A stretch of DNA of 63,250 nucleotides, the filler included. It is 8 parts of 8 records of this genome, joined end to end, with 100 filler letters (N's around TTAATTAATTAA, not from the genome) between each part and the next. Parts side by side here need not be neighbours in the genome. Positions count along the whole stretch, not along the records: positions 31,135 to 38,104 come from SRR31147125_30809; positions 38,205 to 46,264 come from SRR31147125_30811; 6 more parts are not named here. The stretch is one strand, 5' to 3'. The stretch's first letter is position 1. Every line of letters starts with the position of its first letter. The notes under the pieces are model-generated. The model saw nothing but the letters and a program-made list of their open reading frames with translations. It did not search any database and was not told the origin of the DNA. Position numbers and translations under genes: made by a program. Positions 32,107 through 41,341 of the stretch are shown here, in pieces.

Positions 32107-33078
32107 ATGCCGCAGCTCGGCGATCTGATCGCAACGCTGAAGGCGGCGAGCGAACCGACGCGTTTGAGGATGCTTGCCCTTCTCGCCGAGGGCGAATTGT
32201 CCGTCAAAGACGTCACCGACATACTCGGCCAGAGTCAGCCGCGCGTCTCGCGTCATCTCAAGCTGCTTGCCGATGCGGGATTGGCCGAACGTCATGCCGA
32301 AGGCGCATGGGCCTATTACCGACTGAGCGACAGGACGTCGAGCGAGGTGCTGGCGCGTGCCATGCTCGACCGGCTCGATTGTGACGATCCGGTAATCGCC
32401 AATGACCGCATCAAGCTCACGGCGATCCGCTCTGCGCATGCAGCCCGCGCTGCAGCATATTTCGCCACCATTGCCGAGCATTGGGATGCTGTCAGAAGCC
32501 TGCATGTGCCGGAATCGGAAATCGAAGACGCCATTGTCGAAATCGCCGCAAGACGCAAGCTCGACCGCGTGATCGATCTCGGCACCGGTACCGGGCGGAT
32601 GCTCGAACTGCTGGCGCCGTTCTACCGCCAGGGGCTTGGGATCGACTCGAGCCGGGAAATGATCGCCGTTGCCCGCGCCAAGCTCTCCGACGCGGATGTC
32701 GGTCACGCCCAGGTGCGTCAGGCTGATATTGCCGATCCCATCCATGCCGGCAGGGGAGCCGATTTCGTTATCCTGCACCAGGTGTTGCACTATATCGAGG
32801 ATCCCGGCACGGTGATCGACAACGCGGCGCGAGCGCTGAAGCCGGGCGGCTCGGTGCTCGTCGTCGATTTCGCGCCGCATGCCCATGAAACTCTGAGGAT
32901 CGAGCACGCGCACAGGCGTCTTGGTATCTCTGCGGCGCAAATGGAGGCCTGGGCCGGAAACGCTAGCCTCAGCGTCATCGAGACTCGCGAGTTTGCCAAT
33001 CGCCAGTCACCCGAGGGATTGACAGTTTGCCTGCACCTGCTCGCCCGCGCTGACGAAAAACGACAAAAGGCGGAATAG
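32107..33078 (+). CDS. ArsR HTH fused to a SAM-binding methyltransferase-like domain (SahR/SamR-type methionine-cycle regulator)
   Basis: EPTRLRML..SQPRVSRHLKLL, DLGTGTG, LHQVLHY, HAHRRLG; directly upstream of metF. Confidence 0.88.
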   Translation: MPQLGDLIATLKAASEPTRLRMLALLAEGELSVKDVTDILGQSQPRVSRHLKLLADAGLAERHAEGAWAYYRLSDRTSSEVLARAMLDRLDCDDPVIANDRIKLTAIRSAHAARAAAYFATIAEHWDAVRSLHVPESEIEDAIVEIAARRKLDRVIDLGTGTGRMLELLAPFYRQGLGIDSSREMIAVARAKLSDADVGHAQVRQADIADPIHAGRGADFVILHQVLHYIEDPGTVIDNAARALKPGGSVLVVDFAPHAHETLRIEHAHRRLGISAAQMEAWAGNASLSVIETREFANRQSPEGLTVCLHLLARADEKRQKAE

Positions 33079-33080
33079 TC

Positions 33081-33962
33081 ATGCCCCTTGCCGACAAAGA
33101 CAACGCGTCGCTTGTCCATTTCAGCTTCGAGTTTTTTCCGCCCAAGACCGACGATGCCGAAGACCGGTTCTGGGGAGCGCTGCACCGACTGGCGCCGCTC
33201 CAGCCGAAATTCGTCTCCGTCACATACGGGGCGGGGGGTTCGACGCGCGAGCGCACGTTGAGGCTGGTGTCCAAGATCACCAACGAGACTGGCATACAAA
33301 CAGCGGCGCACCTGACCTGTGTCGGAGCGACGCGGGACGAGATCGACGACGTGGTTCGGGGCTACAGGGATGCCGGTATTGCCCGCATCGTCGCCTTGCG
33401 CGGCGATCCGCCCGAGGGGATCGGCGCGCCGTTTGTGCCGCATCCGGAGGGCTATCAGAGCGGAGCCGATCTTGTTGCCGGCATCATGGCCTCGGGCGAT
33501 TTCGACGTGTCGGTGGCCGCCTATCCGGAAAAGCATCCGCAAAGCACTGACTGGTCCGCCGAGATCGATAATCTCAAACGAAAGATCGATGCCGGCGCCA
33601 AACGGGCCATAACTCAGATGTTTTTCGAGAACGCCGATTTCTACCGGCTGCGTGATATGGCGGCGGCGGCAGGCATCTCGGCGCCGGTCATTCCGGGCAT
33701 CCAGCCCATTCACTCGTTCAAACAAGTCTCGAACTTCGCCGCGCGCTGCGGCGCTGGCATCCCGGACTGGCTGAAGGCGCGTTTTGCCGGTGTGGAACCG
33801 GGCACCGACATGCATGCCGATATCGCGGCGGATGTTCTGGCCGCACAAATCAACGATCTCCGCGCTCACGGCATCACCGATTTCCACGTGTTCACGCTCA
33901 ATCGCGCCAACCTCATCCTGCCGCTGGCGGAGCACCTGATCCGGCTTGGCGACCGGACCTGA
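33081..33962 (+). CDS. metF: 5,10-methylenetetrahydrofolate reductase
   Basis: SFEFFPPK, SVTYGAGGS, AHLTCV, ALRGDPP, AYPEKHP, ITQMFF. Confidence 0.96.
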   Translation: MPLADKDNASLVHFSFEFFPPKTDDAEDRFWGALHRLAPLQPKFVSVTYGAGGSTRERTLRLVSKITNETGIQTAAHLTCVGATRDEIDDVVRGYRDAGIARIVALRGDPPEGIGAPFVPHPEGYQSGADLVAGIMASGDFDVSVAAYPEKHPQSTDWSAEIDNLKRKIDAGAKRAITQMFFENADFYRLRDMAAAAGISAPVIPGIQPIHSFKQVSNFAARCGAGIPDWLKARFAGVEPGTDMHADIAADVLAAQINDLRAHGITDFHVFTLNRANLILPLAEHLIRLGDRT

Positions 33963-34022
33963 CTGGCGGATTTGCCTTTTTGTACCGGTGCGCACAGTGT
34001 TGTGCCGACCGAAGAGGATTCG

Positions 34023-34724
34023 ATGGCCATATGGCAGCAAATCGGCGAGATACTCGGCTCGTTTTCGGAGCGCACCGGCCTCGCCGGATCGCTTGCGAAC
34101 GCGCTCGATCCGGACAACTGGCTACCCGGCGGCCGGGAAGCGGCCTTCACCATCGCTTTGATCTCGCTCAGCGCCAAGATGGCTGTCGCGGATGGCGTCG
34201 TCACCCAGACCGAAGTGCGCGCCTTTCGCGCCCTTGTCGACGTTCCGCCTGGACAGGAGGATCAGGTCGAGCGCCTGTTCGAGTTGGCACAGCAGGACGT
34301 CGCCGGTTTCGATTCCTATGCGCGCAAGATCCGTCGCTGGTTTGCCGATTCTCCGGAAATGCTCGAACACGTGCTGGACAGTCTGTTCCAGATCGCCGCG
34401 GCGGACGGATTGATCCATGAAGCCGAACTCGATTATCTCAAAACTGTCAGTGATATATTCGGTTTTGATGAAGCGCGGTTCGAACAGATTGTCGCCCAGC
34501 ATCTCGTTGGAGCCGGCGGCTATGATCCTTACCTTGTGCTCGGCCTCGCGCCCGATGCACCTGACGAAGAGGTTCGCCGCGTCTACCGACAACTGGCCCG
34601 CGAGCATCACCCCGATCGCCTGATGGCCAAGGGCGTGCCCGAGGAAATGATCGGTGTCGTTACCGCACGCATGGCGGCGGTCAACACCGCCTACGACACG
34701 ATCAGGAAGCAGCGCAGCCTATAG
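34023..34724 (+). CDS. TerB-domain plus J-domain co-chaperone (DjlA-like)
   Basis: AKMAVADGVVT, IAAADG, DPYLVLG, HHPDRL; start at MAIWQQ after GAGG. Confidence 0.88.
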   Translation: MAIWQQIGEILGSFSERTGLAGSLANALDPDNWLPGGREAAFTIALISLSAKMAVADGVVTQTEVRAFRALVDVPPGQEDQVERLFELAQQDVAGFDSYARKIRRWFADSPEMLEHVLDSLFQIAAADGLIHEAELDYLKTVSDIFGFDEARFEQIVAQHLVGAGGYDPYLVLGLAPDAPDEEVRRVYRQLAREHHPDRLMAKGVPEEMIGVVTARMAAVNTAYDTIRKQRSL

Positions 34725-34819
34725 CGGCACGTTCAAATCGAGTCGCTTTGCCACTCTATCTTTTGAGTGCATCGTTTTTTGCACAAAACCGGTATCAACT
34801 TTTGCGCACGATGTTTTAG
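34719..34819. repeat. Rhizobiales RIME/Bru-RS-like intergenic repeat
   Basis: Minus strand CTAAAACATCGTGCGCAAAAGTTGATACCGGTTTTGTGCAAAAAACGATGC...GATAGAG...CTATAG; two-palindrome architecture, recognised from memory. Confidence 0.65.
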
Positions 34820-35916
34820 AACGGCCAGCCGCTCGACTGGCTGGAAGTATCGGCAAACATGTCGGCGATGTAGCTGGCGCTCTTGTAGTTGGCGATCGCC
34901 GCCGAATAGAACGCGTCGCCCCAGCCCACCGCGGCGCGTTCCTCCTCGCTGAGCGAGCCATAGGCGCTGATGAGGTTCTGGGCGAGGGCGGTCGGATCCG
35001 AGGAGCTGTTGGCATCGGAAAGGCATGAGAGGAGCAACTGCCGGCTGCGGTTCGATAATTCGTCCTTGGCCGCCCGGATTTCCTCGGCGCTGAACTGATC
35101 GCCCTCGTTGAGCGTGATGGCGCTGAGGGCCCGGCTGCTGAAATCCGACAAATCGGCCTTGATCCCGCTCTTGCGGTATTTCGAGAAATGGAGTGTCTGG
35201 CCTTCTGCCTCGGCCTTGGCGATCTGCGCATCGAGCGCGGCCCGTGCATCGTCGGCAACACTGGCAAAATCACGCTCGGTACCGGCTGTGCCGGATTTGA
35301 CGCGGGCCAGATAATCGATGACAGGATCGTTCTCGACCTCCGGCCATGTGCCGGGCGCGACTTCGAGTTGCGCCAATGCCTCGGTGACGGCGTCATGCTT
35401 GGCAATCCAGGCGTCGGTCTTCTGTTCCTCGGGCGAGGCTTCTTCCAGGTATTCCAGAGCCTCCGTATAGAGCTTGGTGATGTTGCCGGTGACGTTGTAG
35501 ACGGCGGCTGGACCAGCCATGACCCGATCGAAGCGTAACCCGAGTTCGATGGCTGCCGCCTCGATCTCGTCTTCGGTAAAGGTGCCGTCGGTATTGCCCG
35601 CGATGGCATAAAGCTCTCGCCGGTCGAAGCCGGAAAGGTCGATGACGAGTTCGCCATCCTTGTAGGGGCTGTCGCTGCCCGCTTCTTCGAGCAATTCGGT
35701 CAGCGTGGTCCGGGTTTCGGCGACCACCTCGGCAAAGGTCTTTGCCGCAAGCGCGGCCTGTGCCGAGGCAGATAGTGTTACATTGGTGGCGCTGGTCGAA
35801 CTGGCGGGTGTCGAGGTTCCGCCCGATGTCGACTGGCTCGCTTTGGTGCTTGTCGAATTCGAATAGGTGTAGCCAGAATAAGCGTTATAGGCGCTGGTGG
35901 CGTTGACTGTGCTCAT
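34816..35916 (-). CDS. Hypothetical protein with Ser/Thr-rich N-terminus and an internal duplicated helical repeat
   Basis: Start MSTVNATSAY; DLSGFDRRELYAI..FTEDEIEAA and DLSDFSSRALSAI..FSAEEIRAA repeats. Confidence 0.8.
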   Translation of the reverse strand: MSTVNATSAYNAYSGYTYSNSTSTKASQSTSGGTSTPASSTSATNVTLSASAQAALAAKTFAEVVAETRTTLTELLEEAGSDSPYKDGELVIDLSGFDRRELYAIAGNTDGTFTEDEIEAAAIELGLRFDRVMAGPAAVYNVTGNITKLYTEALEYLEEASPEEQKTDAWIAKHDAVTEALAQLEVAPGTWPEVENDPVIDYLARVKSGTAGTERDFASVADDARAALDAQIAKAEAEGQTLHFSKYRKSGIKADLSDFSSRALSAITLNEGDQFSAEEIRAAKDELSNRSRQLLLSCLSDANSSSDPTALAQNLISAYGSLSEEERAAVGWGDAFYSAAIANYKSASYIADMFADTSSQSSGWPF

Positions 35917-35966
35917 AATATCAATTCCGGACAGGTCCGGCCCAAATGACGTCCTGCCATGTTCAA

Positions 35967-35982
35967 CGCATATTCCATGCCA
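35967..35982 (-). promoter_or_regulatory. Candidate sigma54 promoter
   Basis: TGGCATGGAATATGCG, GG-N10-GC, about 50 nt upstream of ATG 35916. Confidence 0.55.
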
Positions 35983-36148
35983 TCGGTCCGGCATTGATTC
36001 TTCACGGCTTTTCGTCTCGGCGCCACACTCGTCCGGGCAAAAGATTCCGGGTGCCGGAAAAAGACGCCGTCCAAATCTGCTTGTGTTGCATCAAGGCGCC
36101 GCTCCCGCCGAGGCGTTAGAAAACGCGCGCATGAATGGAGGGGGGATC

Positions 36149-36889
36149 ATGTCTGAAGCTGTTGAACGCAACGCGGCGCGGCTTGCCGTGTTCTGGTCGT
36201 CGCTCATCCTGGCGCTGTCGCCCGTCGCGGCAACCCTGGTCGTGGCGCCGGCCCGGTCCGGGCCATTCTGCCCCGGGGATTGCGTCTTTTATCCTTACGC
36301 CGATATCGCCCGGCTCTACCCCCAGGAATATTGGTGGATGTACGCAATGATCGTCGCCGGCTTGGCGCTGATCGCGCTCGGTGCTTCGGCAGTGTCGCTG
36401 GCGCCGGTACCGCGGCGGGCGCTGGCACGCATCGGCAACGGCTTCGCCATCCTGTCGGGCACGGTGCTGGCGATCTGCTATTTCATCCAGATCGAGGTGA
36501 TCCAGCCGAGCGTTCTGGCCGGTGAGATGGATGGCATTGCCGTTCTGACCCAGTATAACGAGCATGGCGTGTTCATCGCCCTCGAGGATCTCGGCTACCT
36601 GACCATGGCTTTGGCGCTCGCCGGGCTGACCATGGGGCTGAAGCCGCTCGGGCGGCTGTTCGGGCTCGCCTTCTGGGTGGCGCAGGTCGGCGCCGTTCTC
36701 GTCATTGTCGCGTTCGTTTACATTAATGTCGTTTACGGCGTGAACCGGAGCTATTATTTCGAGGTCGTCGCGATCCTGATCGACTGGATCGTGATGCTGG
36801 TCGCGGGCGGACTGATCGCGGTCGGAACCATGCGGATAACCCGCCGTTCGATGGAATGGCGCGAGAAACCGCCGGCCGGAGACGCATAA
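36149..36889 (+). CDS. Multi-pass membrane protein of unknown function
   Basis: About six hydrophobic segments, SGPFCPGDCVFYPY loop, QYNEHGVFIALEDLGY; GGAGGG RBS. Confidence 0.75.
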   Translation: MSEAVERNAARLAVFWSSLILALSPVAATLVVAPARSGPFCPGDCVFYPYADIARLYPQEYWWMYAMIVAGLALIALGASAVSLAPVPRRALARIGNGFAILSGTVLAICYFIQIEVIQPSVLAGEMDGIAVLTQYNEHGVFIALEDLGYLTMALALAGLTMGLKPLGRLFGLAFWVAQVGAVLVIVAFVYINVVYGVNRSYYFEVVAILIDWIVMLVAGGLIAVGTMRITRRSMEWREKPPAGDA

Positions 36890-36915
36890 CTCGTAGGAAC
36901 AAGCGCTTGCCCGAC

Positions 36916-38104
36916 GTGCCGGAACCGCATCGATTTCTGTCGTTCCGGCAATTCCGGCACGCCTATTTTGCCTATGTCTTCCTGTTTGAATTCGTCCTGG
37001 CCTACGCGATCTACGCGGCCTTTTTCGAATTCTCGGGACTGTCCTATTTCGAGATCGGCGCACTACTCGCCATCTGGTCGGGCAGTGCCCTTTTGTTCGA
37101 ACTGGGCACCGGAGCGCTGTCGGACGCACTCGACCGGCGCCTGCTGATGGTTCTCGCGCCCTTGTTCAAGGCGCTGACCTTCATCTGCTGGGTGCTGGCT
37201 GGCGGTGCCTTCTGGCTCTACGCTCTCGGTTTCGTTTTGTGGAGTTTCGGCGAGGCGCTCGTCTCAGGGACAGGCGAGGCGCTTTTATACGAACATGCCG
37301 AAGCCGCCGGCAAAAAGGATGACTACGACAGGTTCTACGGTCAGGCGCGGGCGGCACAGTATTTCGGCGTCGGTTCGAGCCTTCTCATCGGCGGCATCGT
37401 CGCATCATGGAACATGGAGCTTGTGTTCTGGCTTTCGTTGCCGCCCATGTTCCTTGCATCGCTTTCTGCCTTATGGATCAAGGATATCAGGCAAAATTCT
37501 GACAAAGAAGATAAGGCTACGCCAGGATTTTTCGAAGCGTTCGGCCTTGCCTGGCGCGACCTAAGAACGGCGCCGGACGCGCGCTTTCTGATTGCCTATA
37601 TTGCCGTCGGGCTGATCCTTTTCGAGGAACTGGAGGAGTTCGACCAACTCTTTTATGTGGCGGTCGATCTGCCTATCGTTCTGTTCGGCGTCGCGGGGGT
37701 CGGCGGGCTGATCGTTCATGGCCTCGGTTCGATGAGCGCCCATCGGCTGGCGCGCTTTCGGTTCCTTGCGTGGGCGGCGCCGGCGCTGGCCGGCCTGTTG
37801 CTGATCGCCGCTACGGCCTATCAGAGCCCGTGGTTCGTCATCATGCTGGAACTGGCTTATCTGGTGGCGGTTCCGCCGGCCATTCTCGCCGAGGCGCGCT
37901 TCCAGCAGGTCATTGAAGGCCGGGCGCGGGCGACGGCGACCTCGGCGCTTTATTTCCTGCAAAACATCATGGCGCTGCTCATCGCTCTCGGTTTCGGTGC
38001 CCTCGCCGAAGCGGTCGGCATCCGCCCCGCCTACGCCTGGGCCGGTCTCCTGCTCCTGCCCGTCGCCATCTGGATTTTTGTCGCGCAAAGGCGCGGGCAG
38101 CGGG
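36916..38104 (+). CDS. MFS transporter, 3'-truncated (start uncertain)
   Basis: ELGTGALSDALDRR motif A, SGTGEALLYE, RATATS; about 12 TM segments. Confidence 0.85.
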
Positions 38105-38204
38105 NNNNNNNNNNNNNNNNNNNNNNNNNNNNNNNNNNNNNNNNNNNNTTAATTAATTAANNNNNNNNNNNNNNNNNNNNNNNNNNNNNNNNNNNNNNNN
38201 NNNN
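38105..38204. other. Artificial contig spacer
   Basis: N/TTAATTAATTAA/N linker. Confidence 0.99.
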
Positions 38205-38249
38205 TTTTCACGATTTTTGACTATTTTTAACCTCTTTTTACATCTGATT

Positions 38250-38268
38250 TGGCACACATATGGCACAC
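38250..38268. repeat. Direct repeat TGGCACAC x2, candidate integrase arm-type sites
   Basis: Copies at 38250 and 38261 (11-bp period), immediately after the excisionase stop codon. Confidence 0.45.
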
Positions 38269-38270
38269 TT

Positions 38271-38483
38271 TTATGCAAGTATCTCTTCAGCCGTTTTTGA
38301 CTTTATTGCTCTCACTTGATGTTTCTTCAACCATTCTTCTATTTCACTCAGCTTAAATTTTAATCCACCTACTTTATAGTAAGGCAGTCTACCCTGGCTT
38401 GTGAGACGATAGATATAGCTTTTCTTGCATTTCCATATGTGAGCCAGTTCGTCAATCGTGAGGAGTTCATCGTCTTTTGACAT
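38271..38483 (-). CDS. Excisionase/Xis-like HTH_17 DNA-binding protein
   Basis: LLTIDELAHIWKCKKSYIYRLTSQGRLPYYKVGGLKFKLSEIEEWL; start at MSKDD after AAGGTG. Confidence 0.85.
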   Translation of the reverse strand: MSKDDELLTIDELAHIWKCKKSYIYRLTSQGRLPYYKVGGLKFKLSEIEEWLKKHQVRAIKSKTAEEILA

Positions 38484-38528
38484 AACATACACCTTTAATT
38501 TATAAAACATCGAATTTAAAACAAGTAT

Positions 38529-39617
38529 TTAATTTAATGTATATTTTATTTCCTTTCTATGTTTAACCTGTTTTTCTGCAATGGGACAATAAGGATCTAT
38601 ATTCCAGTCTCTCTGTTGGGATATTTGCACAAAAGCCTCCTGCTCGTACAACAATTTGGAAATTCCTGGCGTACAAAATTCGATATCCCACCTATGCTTT
38701 AAACTTTTGATAATGGTTTTCTCATTTTTAATTGGCCAAATAGTAAACGAATAAAATGATGGCTTTATTTGACTGATATCAATCCTGGGTGAAATTATTA
38801 GATTTTCCTGCCATAACTGCTCAAGAATCATTTCACATTCCATTCGATGTTTCTGTACCAATTGTACTACCTTATCAAAATTTTCACTGGCCCAGACTGC
38901 CGATAACGGATTCATACGCAAATTATAAAAAAACTCATTAGAAGGTTTAAAAGGTAGATCACGTTTTTGTCTGTTTGGATGCTGAGTTAACCACACAAGC
39001 TTTTCATATAATTCTTGATGTCTGGTAACAATTATCCCTCCCTCACCAGCAAAAAGTGGTTTGCCATAGGTTAAAGAGAAAACGGCAGCATCTGCCCAGT
39101 AACCTGTGTGGAGCTTGCCATCATATGCACCAAAGCTCTGGGCGCAATCTTGAATAAAATAAAGATCATGCCTATCTGCAATTGTTCTCATCTTTTCTCC
39201 AAAAGATGGGAAACCATATATATCTATACAAAGTATTGCTTCTGTTTTTGGCGTTATTGCTTGTTTAACTTTATCAGGATCAAGACAAAGTGTGTCCGGA
39301 TCAATGTCCGCAAAAACCGGCCTGTTCCCGGCTAATATGAGTCCTGAGATGGATCCACCCCAGGTGTATGGCGGTACAATGATGTCACTGTTATGTATAT
39401 TCCATGCTTCGAAAATGGCCCAAAGGCTCATGGTTGCATTACAGGCAGCGAGTGCATGCGGCACACCAGTGAGTTTAGAGAATTTTCTCTCCAAATGATG
39501 TACAGACTCGGATCCATTCAATGCCATATCTACCTTTTTTTCATCTAAAAAGATTTGTGAAAAAGTTGATTTCATATCGAGCCCAAAGTTAGAAATGTAT
39601 ATATTTGCGATATTCAT
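38529..39617 (-). CDS. DegT/DnrJ/EryC1/StrS PLP-dependent aminotransferase (alternative start 39575)
   Basis: PVFADIDP, QDCAQSFG, FSLTYGKPLFAGEGG. Confidence 0.88.
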   Translation of the reverse strand: MNIANIYISNFGLDMKSTFSQIFLDEKKVDMALNGSESVHHLERKFSKLTGVPHALAACNATMSLWAIFEAWNIHNSDIIVPPYTWGGSISGLILAGNRPVFADIDPDTLCLDPDKVKQAITPKTEAILCIDIYGFPSFGEKMRTIADRHDLYFIQDCAQSFGAYDGKLHTGYWADAAVFSLTYGKPLFAGEGGIIVTRHQELYEKLVWLTQHPNRQKRDLPFKPSNEFFYNLRMNPLSAVWASENFDKVVQLVQKHRMECEMILEQLWQENLIISPRIDISQIKPSFYSFTIWPIKNEKTIIKSLKHRWDIEFCTPGISKLLYEQEAFVQISQQRDWNIDPYCPIAEKQVKHRKEIKYTLN

Positions 39618-41340
39618 CTATTCTTTTATAAAGTCCTTCTCGATTAATCTCTCCTGTTTTTTCATTGACAAGATCAGCAAGATACCATGGATAAGTAAAC
39701 TCACCTGGATTCAAACTCCAGGGATAATATTTGGTAAAAGATGTCAGAGCAAGAGCGTTTAAGCTTGCATAAGCAACCGCATAGGGATTCGTCTCACCTG
39801 CGTATTCCTGTGCTGCTTGCAGCAGTACGTCTTCTGTTAATTCATTTGAGGACATAACAGCATGATTAAAAACATCCCGCATCTTTCGAGGGGAAATTCC
39901 TTTTTGGTATAAACTTGTGCACGCCTCAATCAGTTTCGGAGAGTTAGGATCAAGTGACTGCTTTTTGGTCAGTTGTTTTTCCAATAGGCACACGAATTGA
40001 CAAAGTTCAGCAGGCTGCAATTCAAGGAAAGGCAGCACCAAAAATCGGTCGATCCAGGCTGGATCCAATCGTTCAGGAACGTTGGTGGCTGCAATTAATA
40101 AAACCTTACCACGTAAATCATCCCGGGCAAAAAACTGGAAAAGCTCTCCCAAAATATTTTGTGAAACGCCTCCATCTGACGCTTCGCTCTTCCTTGATGG
40201 TGTCATTTCCGTGATTTCATCTATGAATAAAATAACTGGACTGAGAGTCTGGAGTAATGAAAGAGCCAACTTTATCCTGCGTTCTGTTTCACCTACGAAC
40301 TTGTCCTTTATCAGTTCAAATTGAACAATATTAAATCCACATAGTTCACCCAATATAGGTGCAAATGTTGACTTTCCAACACCAAAAGGACCGGCAAACA
40401 AAAGCGCGCGTGGAGATCGTGGATCACAACTTTTCAGTAATTCTGAAAACTGTGCTATAACACGCTTTATAACTTTTAAACCAACGATCTGGTTTAAAGT
40501 CATGTCCGTGCTCATGATTGAAAGTGTTCCTTCGGAAGATTTTAATATACTTTGTGATTTGTGTTCAGTAATACCCTTAATGGTAAACGGAGTATTTTTT
40601 GTTCTTTGTATTTTTACCAGTTCTTCAATTTGTTTTAATTTTTCTCCCTTCGCATGCTTTGCAAAATTCTTAAGGTTTAGCTCCTTACTGAAGATATTCA
40701 TATTATCACCCTCCATCCGATCAATTAAAATCGTCGTAAAATTGATTATCTCTTCCTCTGAGGGATGGGCGTATACAACTTTGTACAAATCATTTAAAAG
40801 CTTGTTCTGCAGGCCAGATCGAGTCAAACAAATAACACAGTTTTCACTTTTTCTCAAAGCTATCGAATAATTCAGGCTATGCAAGGTTTCCGCAACAATT
40901 GTTGTTTCATTTGCACCAGTATTAGCCGATTGTGAGTCTGGTGCCAAATGTTCGAGATATTGGATTAGCCAAACATATCTAATTCCTTCTTTTGCTTTTA
41001 TTTGTAATAGCCTGCTCATATCCCGCATGATCTGTAAAACTTCTTCCGCATTTACCTCCCGTTCCTTTTTAATTATTCTCGCCAATCCCACCGCCTGCAT
41101 ATCCCTGTCGACTTTATCCTTAATTTCTTTTGCTAGGTTACTGTAATCGTACACATATAAACCACTTGAAAATGAATAACAGAGTACGACATATTCTTTT
41201 TTAGAAAGACACTCCGCAATATGTGTTGGGGTATAATAAATACTATTATCAGAGACACGAAAATCATGAATATTTCCTTGAGCCTCTATCGCTGGATGCC
41301 CTTCATCAACAGCTTTAATGACAGGATCACTTTTTTCCAT
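39589..41340 (-). CDS. Classical AAA ATPase with degenerate N-terminal domain (Ycf46-like)
   Basis: GPFGVGKS, KFVGETERRI pore loop, LFIDEI, DGGVSQNILG, AATN, LDPAWIDRF. Confidence 0.85.
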   Translation of the reverse strand: MEKSDPVIKAVDEGHPAIEAQGNIHDFRVSDNSIYYTPTHIAECLSKKEYVVLCYSFSSGLYVYDYSNLAKEIKDKVDRDMQAVGLARIIKKEREVNAEEVLQIMRDMSRLLQIKAKEGIRYVWLIQYLEHLAPDSQSANTGANETTIVAETLHSLNYSIALRKSENCVICLTRSGLQNKLLNDLYKVVYAHPSEEEIINFTTILIDRMEGDNMNIFSKELNLKNFAKHAKGEKLKQIEELVKIQRTKNTPFTIKGITEHKSQSILKSSEGTLSIMSTDMTLNQIVGLKVIKRVIAQFSELLKSCDPRSPRALLFAGPFGVGKSTFAPILGELCGFNIVQFELIKDKFVGETERRIKLALSLLQTLSPVILFIDEITEMTPSRKSEASDGGVSQNILGELFQFFARDDLRGKVLLIAATNVPERLDPAWIDRFLVLPFLELQPAELCQFVCLLEKQLTKKQSLDPNSPKLIEACTSLYQKGISPRKMRDVFNHAVMSSNELTEDVLLQAAQEYAGETNPYAVAYASLNALALTSFTKYYPWSLNPGEFTYPWYLADLVNEKTGEINREGLYKRIDEYRKYIHF

Positions 41341-41341
41341 T

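Noticed and set aside
31549-38088. Long alternative-frame ORFs (31549-32940, 32790-34040, 34719-35657, 36116-37129)
   Set aside because: Shadow ORFs typical of GC-rich DNA, overlapping recognised genes
38250-38276. + strand sigma54 promoter at TGGCACACATATGGC
   Set aside because: Poor -12 element and antisense to the operon; a direct-repeat reading fits better
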